Made by a program: the position numbers and the translations under genes | Notes under the pieces: generated by a model | What the model saw: the letters and a program-made list of their open reading frames with translations, nothing else | Told to the model about the DNA's origin: nothing | Databases searched by the model: none | Assembly: GCA_051362555.1 (NCBI GenBank) | Contig: CM120640.1 | Location: 26,894,225 to 26,958,224, forward strand | DNA: 64,000 bases | Source: Lingula anatina | Lineage: Eukaryota; Animalia; Brachiopoda | Direction of reading: 5' to 3' | Shown here: positions 1-12,240 of the stretch, piece by piece | Layout: each line of letters starts with the position of its first letter | How positions within the stretch are numbered: position 1 is the stretch's first letter

Positions 1-1617
1 GTGGTAAACCCATTCAGTCTGAGAAATGCCTCTACTGTTTGGTACATCAAGCAGGTATATAAACTATATTACTGTAGCACATATCGTAGCTTTAAACTAC
101 AAAGATGAAAGGAGTCATATAGATTAAGTTATACTTTTTGTGTGAATTTATGAATAAAACATAATGATAAAAATACTGTATAAATGCCATGGGCATTTTC
201 TATTTCAGCAAACAGTCAGCTCAGTTGTGGATGCAAGTTCCTTTGTACTCACTGCATAGTTGAACGCACCAAGGAGAACAAGAGCATATGGTGCATGTTG
301 CATATGGAAGAAGTTGAATTTAAAAAACGTAATATGTTTGTGTGTACTGTATGTGTATGTGAAATTCTCCAGTTTCAAATTTGCAAAAATCACATCACTA
401 TACAGGGCTTACTTGCAAATCAATAAAAACTGAATGAATCTGAATATCTTTTTACTTAAATCATATTATAAAAAGCAGTATCAAGAAGGTTGGCAGTACA
501 AATAACAAATCATGAAGATGATTTTCTCATTTGCCTGCAAGTGTAATCTGTGTCCCTAATTTCTTTTTAGAAAACTTATACTGTGATGGAAATTTTACCA
601 AGCTCTTTGATGCCAGTTACCCAGTGGTTTCACTTGTCAAGTTGATCAATTCCAAGATAGACAAGCATTGGAAATCAGTTGGCCTGATAAAAGTCATAGA
701 TAGATGTGGTGAAGACCGTGCCGTTGCCACAGGCTTCAAAATAGGTGGAAATTATTTGATGACGAATCGTCACATTGTTTACAGTTTCGGAGAAGGTAAA
801 GTGATGATGCTAACAAGATGTGTTTCAAAGGTGTTTTGCACTAAAAGTTTAAATGTATTTATGATGGTTTACTGTTGCATATCAAAACATTTTATAAGGG
901 TGCCTTGTAGTATTTGTGAAAACTGAGAACATGCTTTTATTTAAAGCTCATTATGATATCTTAAGAAATACACATTGAAGTATTTTGACAATTAGGTATT
1001 AAATCAGGAGGTGGAGGCTGGGGGAATATTGCTTTTACTTCATTTTTTCCTGTTCTACAGGTTGCCAAGGAGTCAAGGTAGAATTTGGATATTTGCAACA
1101 AACTTCAAGAACAACAACATATAAATTTGAAGATATGCCATGGTACAGTGAAGTATTGGATGCAGCTTTGTTCTACATTCGCAATGCAGACAGCCATGAT
1201 GTTGTACCAGATCTCGACTGTGATATAGCAGATGTGGAGCCAGGAAAAGATGTCTGTATTGTAGGACATAATAAATGTGATCCATTAAGATATGACCCAG
1301 ATACAACAATACTTATTGATTTAGATGTTCAAAAAGACATGCAAACCTATCCTTCAGGCAATTTTGCAAATGCACGTGATAGCAATCGACAGTCAATGAA
1401 GTCAAGTTTTATGCATGGGGCATCTGGGTCGCCTTGCTTTGATGAATATGGTAACCTTGCCCTTATGTATACTAAAGGTTATCCTGAGAACTATAAAGAG
1501 CTGGGTATGGCACAAACTGTATTTGAACAGGGTGTTAGAATGAGATGCATATATGAAGAGTTAAAGAAAGAAAAGCCAGAGCTGGTGTCAGATCTGTTCC
1601 CAAATGTTCGCATTTGA
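1..1617 (+). CDS. FAM111-like trypsin-type serine protease with upstream RING-like Cys/His finger; 5' end lies outside the window
   Basis: Phase-compatible exons <1-54, 209-328, 571-795, 1061-1617 (stop). Triad motifs ATGFKIGGNYLMTNRHIV (His), SEVLDAALF (Asp) and FMHGASGSPCFDEYGNLALMYTKG (Ser) resemble the FAM111/trypsin-2 protease domain. The first two exons join to give CLYC..LSCGCKFLCTHC..WCMLH. Confidence 0.8.
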
Positions 1618-3706
1618 CTTAACTAGAGTTGCTACAACTCTTTTTAAGTTTACAGAAAAGTCACTGAAGTGTTGCATATTTTTCTGTACAAAGCAACTTA
1701 CCTTAATAATTAGGAATCCTATTGGTAGGTGGAATTGAAATGATATATTGTAAGAATGAAAAGGTTGCATCTGCATTATTATTTGCGGCAATGGATGCCT
1801 TCTTCCTCTCTTAACTATTGACAGTTTTGTGTTTTACAAGTTTTATTGTATATAATATATAATAATATTAGATGAGGAAAATTTACAAACGTGTTAAAAT
1901 TTGTAAACGTGTTGTCGTCTGTAACACATTGTTTTAGCTTGAGATAATATTACACAATTTATTTTGATATTTTGCAGGAACTTTATGTATATTGAATGTC
2001 CTTGGGACCATAAACTTGTTACTTGTACCATCACATTTGTGTGGTTTTTCGTTTTGCTTCAGAAACAACCAACTTTGTAATTAAGCTATAATGCCTTTAA
2101 AATATACTTTGAAATATACACAATAATGTAGTGTTTATTGATAAAATAACCTTATTGGATGAAATTGAACCTTTCCATTTGCATGTACAAAATGAACAGG
2201 AGTTTTTAGCTTTAGCTTTCTATTAGCAGATGTGTTCCTTTATGTGGTACAAAACCTAGTACTAGTGCTCTTCACCTTAAAACTGCGACAGCAATTTATA
2301 GCAGAATATTATACATTTTGGTGTTCATGATCAATTTTATCACCAAGTACAAAAATAAATGATAGTAAATTAAGTAGTAGATGAACCTTCACATCTTTAA
2401 GTTAAAAGATAAATATATATGTGGGATTGTAATAATCAAGCAAATAAGAAAAATGTCAAAAAGGAATAAATATCCTGATAATGTAAACCAGCTTGAGCTT
2501 TTTACTATTGTTAACAAAAAAATTACTTCTCTTAAAAAAAAACTATAAAAATAATTCGGACACTAATGCTGAGCAGCATCCAGTTATTCAAACACCAATT
2601 TGAGATGATGTGAACTCAATAAAATCAAATGTGTTTGCGAGTCTTCTCAGATTGTGATAAACACTGCTAGGGCTGTTGCAGCTCTCAAAAAGTGACATCT
2701 TGCTACAAATCTAATTATGTATGTACCATAAAAGACATTAAACAACAAGGATATGAACTAATCTTTAAGTATGAAATTACAAACAGGATCATAAAGGATT
2801 GTTGAGTCAGAAGTACTTATTTCAGACTGCCATAGAAATAAAAAAAAGTTCACATGGTCTACATTTAATATGACCTGCAGCAGAAATAGCTTTGATTAAG
2901 ATTTGAGAAAAAGATTCCATGATCTACAGACCATCTTGGCTGTATCAATTTTAAGCAAACCCCATATCTGCTATCCTGAGAGCACATTTCAACTAAAAAA
3001 AAAGAAAATGACCATAACACCGAGAAAACAAGTTTCAAAGCTCCCTGTACTTGCCCTTCAAGAAAATAAATCTGATAATAAGCTACAAACCATGTAATGT
3101 AGATCCACTAAACCGAACCCTTTAAGTGCACATGCCATTTCAATGCAGCCAGAATACTGTTGCTGAAAGTGGGGAAAATGTGGACAAATCATGTTTAAAC
3201 TAGTTCTCACATTTCAAAGAAAATTGAACATTTCTTTGACAATAATTAGATCACTGCATTGAGCATTAGTCATAAGTTCAGATATGATAAACAAATCTGG
3301 TATGGGGGATGTGGATAGGATCCAATCAAATCCTTTCCTCAGTATTAATATTTGCTGCATTCTCACAAAATCAGTTACTGAATGTGCATATATCTACCAA
3401 TATCTATATGTAATTTTTAAACATTTATATGCTCACCCAATCAAATGTGTTTACTACATAATATTACGTTGTATACAAGTTTAATAGTGCCAAATAATCC
3501 TTACACTCAATATCCTTTTGAATTTTTTTTCTGCCTGCATGTTTGTTACTTTCTCTGAGTCACAAACTGATATTTACTAATATTTCACACAAAAGTCACT
3601 GGCTTGATTACTGCCAAAGGTTCAAGGTAATGAATATCAGAATTTGTCACTATCTACAAAAAAGAAGTAAAATCTCCACAGAATTATTTTTCAGAATTTT
3701 AAAACA

Positions 3707-6700
3707 TCATAAGAGGCATATGTTATGATCCTGGTGAAGAACTTTCTTGGCCTTGACCTCTATAACAGCCATGGGGTCTACCCCCCACTGCATACCTCGT
3801 GGAACATTCAGCATTTGGAAGTATGTCTCATCATTGATATTCTGGTGGCCATATATACAGCAGGTTTGATTCCTGAAATAAAGACAGAATGAAGGTAGAA
3901 GAAATAAATTATCACAATTATTAAATGTTTTCAACAAACATATTTCAAAGAAAGATGATTTGTTTTTGGTAATGTCCTGTTCAAATTCCATGTACCTTAA
4001 AAATTTGATTTTATTACTGATATATTCTATTTTTTTACCTGTTACGTGTAATTTAAAAATTATTACAAAAATATATAAAATCTTATTCTAAAGGGCATGG
4101 TGCATTATGTATATATACCTCAGGGTTATATCTCTCACTGTCCCAGACTTCTGAAATTCTTCGTGCATAAGGCAAGCGCCATCATAAAATTCATTCTCAA
4201 GGCTTGACACTGGGTTCACTATGGTACCTGAAAGAAAAACATAATGTCTCTAAATTCAATTGACTGGCGTTTACTTTTTCTCAACAATTTATGATTTCAG
4301 GAAATCTTACATTGCTTTAAATAACGAGTACAAAACCTAAAGATCAATATAAAATTGTTGCAATGCTTTTCTTAAGATATTTTAAGTACTGCTTACCTTT
4401 GAGACTTCTTTGAAATGAATCATACCTCAGGAAATTATAGGTGCCATCAGATATCTGAAAAAAAAAATCACTTGTCAGGGGCGGATCCAGAGCTATTTAC
4501 TGACAGTCTTCCAAATTATCTTTGTTGATTCATCCTCCAATTTTGACCGTCTTCCAACAGGAAAAAATGGATGTAAACAATGTAAACTTGAAAATCTGAC
4601 CGTCTTCCGGAAGACCCAGAAGACGGCCTAAATCCGCCCCTGCTTGTAGAAGATACTAAAAGAGTGATAAGAAACCTATAAAGGGACATTTTACATTCCT
4701 AATCTTTCTGATTTAGCACTCCATACTTGCATCCCACATTAGACCCTTGTAACATGCATTTCTATTTGAAAAACTTTCCTTTGTATTCCAAAGAAGGCAA
4801 GAGAAAGTTAGGAAAAAATAATTGCAAAAAAAAAAAAAAAAACTCAGTCTTGTAACCTAAAGCTTAGTTTACTCACTGGTCTAGGAGCATCTTTGACACA
4901 CCCCTTTAACTGCACTTCTAGGTCTGCCAAATGAGGAAGGGCATATTTCCACTGAGCAAAATTAGAAAACCATATCATGCATAACAGATGTTAGCACCAA
5001 ATATTCACATTTCTAACATTTAATGTGCTAATACAGATAACCAAAAGGTTTTAAAAATTGTTCTTTTAATATGCCCTTAGAATGTTTTTTAGTTTTTATT
5101 TATTTCATTTATGCTGACTTTCTAAAGTCTGATAAATCTATTCTCTTCCATTTAACATAAACCATTTTAGTGATATCAAAAGACCCACCAAAGCTTGCAT
5201 AGTTGCTGAATCCTGCCTTGCTTCCTTATCCATAAGCAGCACCAGCACCATATCAGAGTGGCCCTGGATGTACAAGGTCACATTTTCCAAACCAGGGAGC
5301 TCTTTACCTCCTGCTTTATTGGCTGACAGAACACCAGGAGGGCACCTGCTGCTGCCATCTTGACTTCTCCTGCTACTCTGACGTTCGAACATGGATGACC
5401 TCTCTTTGGTTCCACCTAAGCTCTTTTTGCTGTTTTGTCGATGGAATGTTCTTTTACCATCTTGGCTGTTTCTGCTGGGTTGTCTTTCAAATGAAGGGGT
5501 TTTTAATGAAATCTGTGGGCTGTCTGTGGCTGTTAATTCAGAACCTTTGCCTTCCTTATTTGCATTATGGGGTTGGCCTTCAATTTCCTGTTTTTCCCTT
5601 TTAAAAGCATCTGGATTTTGAATGAAGTCATTTGATGTTGATTTACTGCTAATATGTAAATCTGAAACTTCAACACCAACTTCATCATACTGTACTCCAT
5701 CTTTCTTTTCTTCATCCTCCACGGAGTTTTCTGAGCATACAACTTCATTACTGTTGTCTAATATTGCTACTTCATTTTCAGATGATGTTTCAAATGTCAC
5801 AGCATCACAGCCAGCTGGGCTTGGATCTTTTGGGCCGTTTTTTGACGAATTTTGTTCATCCTGTGATCCACTATGTTCTACACAAGATGAACTGTCACTG
5901 GAATGTAACATAACTTGTTTATCTGGGCTATTAAAAGGAGAAATGTGCTCTGCTTCCCATGATACACTTTTTTCTTCAGGGGATAAGCCCTCGTTGTCCT
6001 GTGATAAGACTTGATCTTCAGCATCATGTTGGGAATTAATTTGTTCTGCATAATTTTCTTCACACATTAAACTGTCAATAGATGCATTTTTTTCGACCTG
6101 GTCTTTTTGTGAAGAATCACCCTGCTTTACATTTCCTTCATCACACACCATGCTGCCTTTGCTTTGTGGTATTTGAAATCTATCAGAAAGCACCATACCA
6201 CAATCATGAGTGAGTATTCCTGTAGTAACATTATGCATAGTTTCTTCCCCTGAATTGGGAGGAGGTGAAGAGTCATTTTCCCCGCAGAGACTGCTACTAT
6301 CTGTATGAGCAGGGGTTCCTTCATTGTTGAAATTTGCTTCAACTTTATCAACAGTATCTAGAAGCAGGACAGATTCTTCAATGTTTCCTTTTTCCTCGTC
6401 TTCCTTCACAGACCTAAATAATATTGTTTCTGTTGAGTCTTTACAACTGTCATCTGTGTTGTCTTGTTGATTGTTGTTTGAGTGACTTTCCAAAGTCTTT
6501 CCAACTGAAGGCTCTGTAGTTGAGTCTTTACTACAGGCATCTGTGGTGTCTTTTTCATTGTTGTTTGAGTGACTTTCCGAATTCTTTCCAACTGAAGGTT
6601 CTGTAGTTGTATCTTTAATACAGGCATCTGTGGTGTCTCTTCGGTTGTTGTTTGAGTGACTTTCCAAGGTCTTTCCAACTGAAGGTTCTGTAGTTACTTC

Positions 6701-9700
6701 TGCAAAGCTGACTTCAGAGTCAGTGCTGATAAAAGAAACTCTAGACTGGTCTTTCTCATCTGCTTCTGATGGTATCAGCTTATCACCAGAGGATGGTTGG
6801 GCCAAATCAAATCTCTCTTTCACCAGGTTGATACAGGTTTGTCTTTTGGAGTCTTTACAACTCTCTTCATCCGCAAGCTGACGTTCGCATTCCTCTTTTT
6901 GTCCTTGCACATCACAGTTTGAAGAAGCTGATAAAACACTTTGTGGGGAGTTAAATACACTGGAATAATCAGACATAGATGGGGAAGTGTCCCTCATTCG
7001 TTGTAGCTGCACCATTCTTTGAACACTACCAGCGCTGTTTCTAAGCTCATCAGCATTGTGTTCAGAGTCACACCCACCTTGTACAGGCGTATTGCACAAA
7101 GTACATGTTATCTCTGTGACAGAGTCTGACATGTTATTTCCACATCCAGGGGGCGACTTGCTGGAGTCAGACCCTGTATCTGTGCTGCTGCCTACAGTTC
7201 CCTGGCTTCCAGCACTGCTGCTGCGGAATACATCTATGCCAGCACTATAACGAATATCTCTAGCAATCTTTCTGAAGTCTGTGGTAGCATAGTGCCGCCG
7301 CCCGACTTTGGTCAACCACGGTGTGACGCTGAAAAATTCTTCCACTGTCAAGTACACTGACAGGATTCTCACACCTTTGGGAAGGCTGAAGTCTGAAATT
7401 TTCATTCAAATAAATACATTAATGACTTGCTATAATAATAATTAAGGTATATGTTTTTCAACAGGACTGAAAGCATTAATTTTTTTTCCATCACTACTGC
7501 CATTTTAATTTGAAGAAAAAGCAATCAGGTTCTGGACACAAAACCTGTATGAGATGTTCTTAAGGTTACAATATAAGATGAATCACTGAGTAAATGAGAC
7601 AAAATTTCAACCTCACCTGGCTCAAATATTTGACATGGAAGCTGGAATTAAAAATAATATATCTTGGGATTAAAAAATAAATCTGCAAGAAATTAACAGC
7701 AAAAAAGAAAGAAAGAAAGAAAGAAAAGAATGGACTGATGTTCAGCAAGTCACAGAAAAAGTATATAAAGTAGCTAATATTCTAAAAATTGTCGATAGCT
7801 TATATGACAAATTTCATATTACATCATCAGAATAGGTTAAAGATTAAAGCAAATCAATATATTAAAAAAGTTCATACATGACTTTGTTGTGGTTTAATAA
7901 GCAGCAGCCTGGCGGTAAGATCCTGTGACAGCTGTGTTACTAGTAACCTGAAAATTCAAACACAGGTACAAGTAAAGTGTAGCAAATGCTTGACCGAGAA
8001 GAAACATGCAAATACACGTTATGCTACTACATTCCACATGGCTGTTTGGAAACAGCTCAATAACAGTGTTTATATCCGAACGGCAAACACAGTAACAAAA
8101 ACAGACTGAAAACAATAAAACTGTATGCAAAACTTCAGTAACCCTTAACAGTTAATCTCATGTGGAGTATTCATGTGGAGTATACATTATTCTTTGTTGA
8201 ATTGAATCCTCACTGCACACTGAGAGTCTTGTCTAATGGCTCTATATTGAAGAACTACGTTACTTCTAATATGTACCTGTTCTTAAAGAGTAGACATCCT
8301 GCCAAAACTCCTGGTCTTCTTTGACTGGCCTGCAACAAGCTAGATGCTTTGACAAACAAGTTAGATCCAGACTGAATTAGAAAAAATAAACAATTAGTAA
8401 AATATACTTCATAAATACACCTTGAATATTTTCCTAAATCTTACATGAAGTAACTGATGGCAAAGTGAAACACTGCTACTTAGAAACACATGAATTCTAG
8501 AACTACAAAGACAATATATTAAAATCATGCCAGGATCATAAGCAAAATTTTCTCTTGGTAATATATATTCAGAAATCTGCTAGACACATTAATGGTTTCA
8601 ACACCTTTGGTAGGTCAATGACCGGCAATGATTCAAAAGCAGCTGACACAGCATCCCCATAAAACCTGGAGAATGGCAAGTAACAATCCCACACTGCCTG
8701 CATGCTGGAGACAAATTTGTCTCTTTCACCATCACATAGCTATAAAATTAAGATAATATCAATGAGTAAATCATCTAATATCTCATATCTCCTCTTGACA
8801 TAAATAATGTCAGTACATAAAAATTATGAACCTTTGATTGTGTATTAATGCTTTTAAATACTTTAGGATTTATACATTGAAAACTGGATGCCATCTTAAA
8901 ATTGCATACAAACAAATAGAATGTCCTGTTTTACCAGTTAAATCAAGTTAACTCACCTGAAATAGTAATTCCAAATTTCCCATAAAAAAGACAAAGCAAG
9001 TGTAAAGATTATCTAATTTCTTCTTGAGTGAAGCCTCTGGTTCCTGTAGATCTCCTGCCATGGCCTGGGGAATAATGTAAGATACAAGCTACAGTAACGG
9101 GTACTTGTAAATTCCACAGTTTCATCATGTAACTGTGACAAAAGTGAAATAAGTAAATGAGAAAAGCATTTGCAAGTTGATTTGTTAGAATGTGTATCAT
9201 TTGGCACTCACTACTATACCCCTTATTTGCTATTTCACATTATATCTTCTTTTGTTATTATTTCACATTTCACTTCAGATGCATATACCTTCATTCACAA
9301 AGTTGAAATAATCTCACTGATGTTTTATTAAAGCACTTAAATAAATTCACCAGGTGTAATTTTTGAAAAATCGATCACTCAGTCTCTACAAAAATTCTAT
9401 CATAATGAACAAAATAAATTTAAAAAAACATACCAAGGTATATTTCCCAACATGTTTCACAACAAACACCTCTGTGCGAAGCCTGAAAAACTTAGGTGTT
9501 GTCCCAGTAAAATGTTTGAAGAATCCCACCATTCCCATCAACTGGCCACACAAGGCACACTGCTCATTGATGTCAACCTAGAAGCATTTCATTCCTCTTT
9601 CAACTTTTGACTCAACTATATATATATACATAACAGGATATAAATCAAAATGGGCAACAGCATTTAAAACACCTTTGATCTTTTAGCTTTTAACCTCTAT

Positions 9701-10548
9701 TATGAAAAATACTGAACAACTTGTCAGCAAGTCAAGAAAACTAGAATTTGAGACAAATTAAGCCTTAGACTTGTTGGAAGTGGTTACTGCTCAAAATAAA
9801 TAGTTTTTCCAAGGGGAAATATTACATCACAGATTAGTCAATATTTCAGCTTTAAAAAATTCTGCCAAACTTTAATAATTGTTAAGGTACACAGGCCCAA
9901 ATAATAAACATTTTTAACACTGAATATCAGGAAATATTTACAGTATTTGGTGCAAAATAAATGATGGCATCTTTCAGGTCATCCTCCTCTTTCTGCAGGT
10001 AGGTGTGGTCATAGATGAAGAACATCTGTGCCTCCGGGCTGAAAATACAAATTGTTGAATTTAAAGTTTTTAAACAATATTAAATCAGTTCTAGCCATTT
10101 TGACTGTTTAAACACTGCTCCTACTGGTAGTATATCATTTGATTTTTACAACTGAATATTAAACAAGGCAGCAAAGCTGTCAAATGTACAGACAAAAACC
10201 AGAAAATAAAAACGCAGGAAATAGGATACTGTCAATTTTGATGCATTAATGTATTATGCTTACTGTAACTGCATAGCCAACATCAAATTCTAATTCTGCA
10301 TAACATTGGATTAGGATGAAAGTAAAATGTGTAACAAGCATTAGACTGAGTTCCCATACCTATAATCATACTTGTAAGTTAAAAAAATACAGAAAATGTT
10401 ACAGGGCTCCTGGTAGATGGGAGTGATAAGTCACATCTGTGTCTGTACATAATAAAAATCAGCATGGTACATGTATGTATGTGTAATCTATTTCTTTTCA
10501 TTGCGCTGACATCTTGCTAACTCACACTCACCTGACATGAGTCGCCAT
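3707..10548 (-). CDS. HPS4: BLOC-3 complex member HPS4 (Hermansky-Pudlak syndrome 4 homolog), 13 coding exons
   Basis: Exons 10548-10532, 10038-9942, 9577-9434, 9064-8957, 8739-8605, 8371-8277, 7947-7878, 7641-7617, 7392-5189, 4951-4877, 4454-4397, 4227-4119, 3872-3707, all GT-AG and in phase. The N-terminal longin-like region (MFFIYDHTYLQKEEDDLKDAIIYFAP, QCALCGQLMG, LLQASQRRPGVLAGCLLFK), long acidic middle and C-terminus (IYGHQNINDETYFQ...KAKKVLHQDHNICLL) match HPS4 organisation. Confidence 0.9.
4476..4642. mobile_element. 167-bp non-autonomous DNA transposon (MITE) in an HPS4 intron
   Basis: Terminal inverted repeats CAGGGGCGGATCCAG / CTAAATCCGCCCCTG, flanked by the direct repeat CTTGT (4471-4475 and 4643-4647). 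Confidence 0.85.
6430..6697 (-). repeat. Coding tandem repeat in the large HPS4 exon, about 3 x 87 bp (29 aa)
   Basis: TTEPSVGKTLESHSNNNRRDTTDACIKD / TTTEPSVGKNSESHSNNNEKDTTDACSKD / STTEPSVGKTLESHSNNNQQDNTDDSCKD in ORF 5138..7405. Confidence 0.95.
10140..10290 (+). repeat. Dispersed repeat; inverted copy at about 52020-52150
   Basis: AAACAAGGCAGCAAAGCTGTCAAATGTACAGACAAAAA...TACTGTCAATTTTGATGCA is the reverse complement of TGCATCAGAATTGACAGTA...TTTTTGTCTGTACATTTGACAGCTTTGCTGCCTTGTTT near 52062-52146. Confidence 0.85.
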
Positions 10549-11012
10549 TTGATCTTCCTACTGCTACTCCTATTGTGGCATCAATAACAGAACTTGTGGT
10601 TTACAAAAAACAGTTGTTATCAGTCTGCCTGGATCATACTGGTGCAATGTGCACTGTATAAGTAAAGAAATATATTCACCTTGAATTCAATAAAATCACA
10701 TCAACATGTTGAAAACAGGTTACCGCACAGAGGTTTTAACACTTTCATATACTTTGCCTGAACGCACAATAGATGCAACAAGTTGTATCAAATGTAGATC
10801 AATCAACCTCAAGACCTAGATACATGTATAACGTCAACTTAAAATTTTGTTTTAACTTGCTTAACCTGGACACACACTATGCTTTTTTGCATTAGCATAT
10901 GCTTTGAGTTCACATAAACGAATGTAGCCACCAGATTGCATAAAAACAATCAAGCAGTCTTAGTTTTGAAAAATAAATCTAGATCTAAAAATTTTCATTC
11001 TGATACACATAC

Positions 11013-11311
11013 CTTGCAGCAAATCAAGCTATCATCTCACGTGCGTCGCCATTTTCTGATCATGTGACTACCATTTAACGACTTCCAAAGTGATATTACT
11101 TTGCAAATTACTATGACATTTTACTGCAACTGTGCAGACGAGACTTAAAATCTTTAGAACGAAGTGAGCAGCTTGTGTATCCTTCTTAATGAGCGGGGTT
11201 TGCAACATAGGAAGTGTGGAAAATATATAGGTCAAAATGTCATGTCGAAGGTAAGAGTGACGTAAAACGGCTGCCATCAAGTACTAGCTTTTGGACAGGA
11301 AACCTGTCGAT
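11013..11311. promoter_or_regulatory. Probable bidirectional promoter and first exons of HPS4 (-) and PHKG (+)
   Basis: Local CpG enrichment in otherwise CpG-poor DNA; divergent donors (AG|GTATGT on - at 11012, GTGAGT on + at 11312); AAAATGGCG (YY1-like), CACGTG, AGGAAGTG (ETS-like) and TGACGTAA (CRE-like) motifs. Confidence 0.65.
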
Positions 11312-12065
11312 GTGAGTATCACCCACATTTCATGTTTTATTACTTGATATAAACAGCGGGGCGTATGCTGCAGTATGCTGAATACTGTTAAATGATTTAC
11401 AGTTCAACTGTATATAGATAGACAAAGTTGTCTTTATGGAATGCTCATATGATTTTGTCTCAAACGGAGTAGTAAGAAAAAAAAACATTGGCATTACTAC
11501 TTAACTATTTTACTGTACAATACACTGTATACTATTATGGTCACTTATACTATAGTGTTCTAAGGATACATAGAATACTAAGCTCGCCTGTTATCTCAAT
11601 ACATTGATGGATTAAAGAGACACTCAAAGGGGTTTTTTATAAATGCTTGATAACTACATGTATATTGCAAAAATTACTTGATACGAACTGCGACCCTTCT
11701 AGTAAGTTCTACAGCCACTAAAATCAAGCAGATTTGGTAACCTCATACTTCTAAGTACTTCTCTGGCTTGGTTGCCTGTTTGCATTCTTTGCATCTCCAG
11801 CACTCCTAAGACAGCCCTCTGCACATTAGTTTGATGCTGTGTGGTTAAGATAGGCTTGAAGTTAACTCTCTGATATGCTTACTACCAGTACAGAAGAAAG
11901 GCTATTATCAAATGTTACATGACCAGATGCTACTGCATGCTGAGCATCTTAGTAGATTTTTATGACCTGTGAGATTCATCAGGGAGTGTCATGAGACTCT
12001 AGAGACCTCATTATGCCATAATGAAATAACTTTTTGCTATAGAAGTTTTTGAACACTATCATACA

Positions 12066-12240
12066 CTGGGGTAGCGCTAGCAATTTTTTTTTCGCTTAGC
12101 CATATCACCACATTTTTGTCAATTTGTTATCAAAATGGTTATAATTTGGCTAAAACATGTCAAATCAAGCCCTTTTCCTTTAGCCAATTTAAGTCAGTTT
12201 TAGCATTTCGCTAAATTGGCGAGTGTTAGTGCTACCCCAG
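12066..12240. mobile_element. 175-bp MITE in the probable first PHKG intron
   Basis: Terminal inverted repeats CTGGGGTAGCGCTAGCA / TGTTAGTGCTACCCCAG (2 mismatches); ATACA on both flanks (12061-12065, 12241-12245). Confidence 0.8.

Noticed and set aside
5391-7250. Several short ORFs overlapping the large HPS4 exon
   Set aside because: Antisense or alternate-frame shadows of a low-complexity coding exon; no motifs.
11068-11280. 70-aa minus-strand ORF
   Set aside because: Spans the inferred bidirectional promoter; no recognisable features or splice partners.
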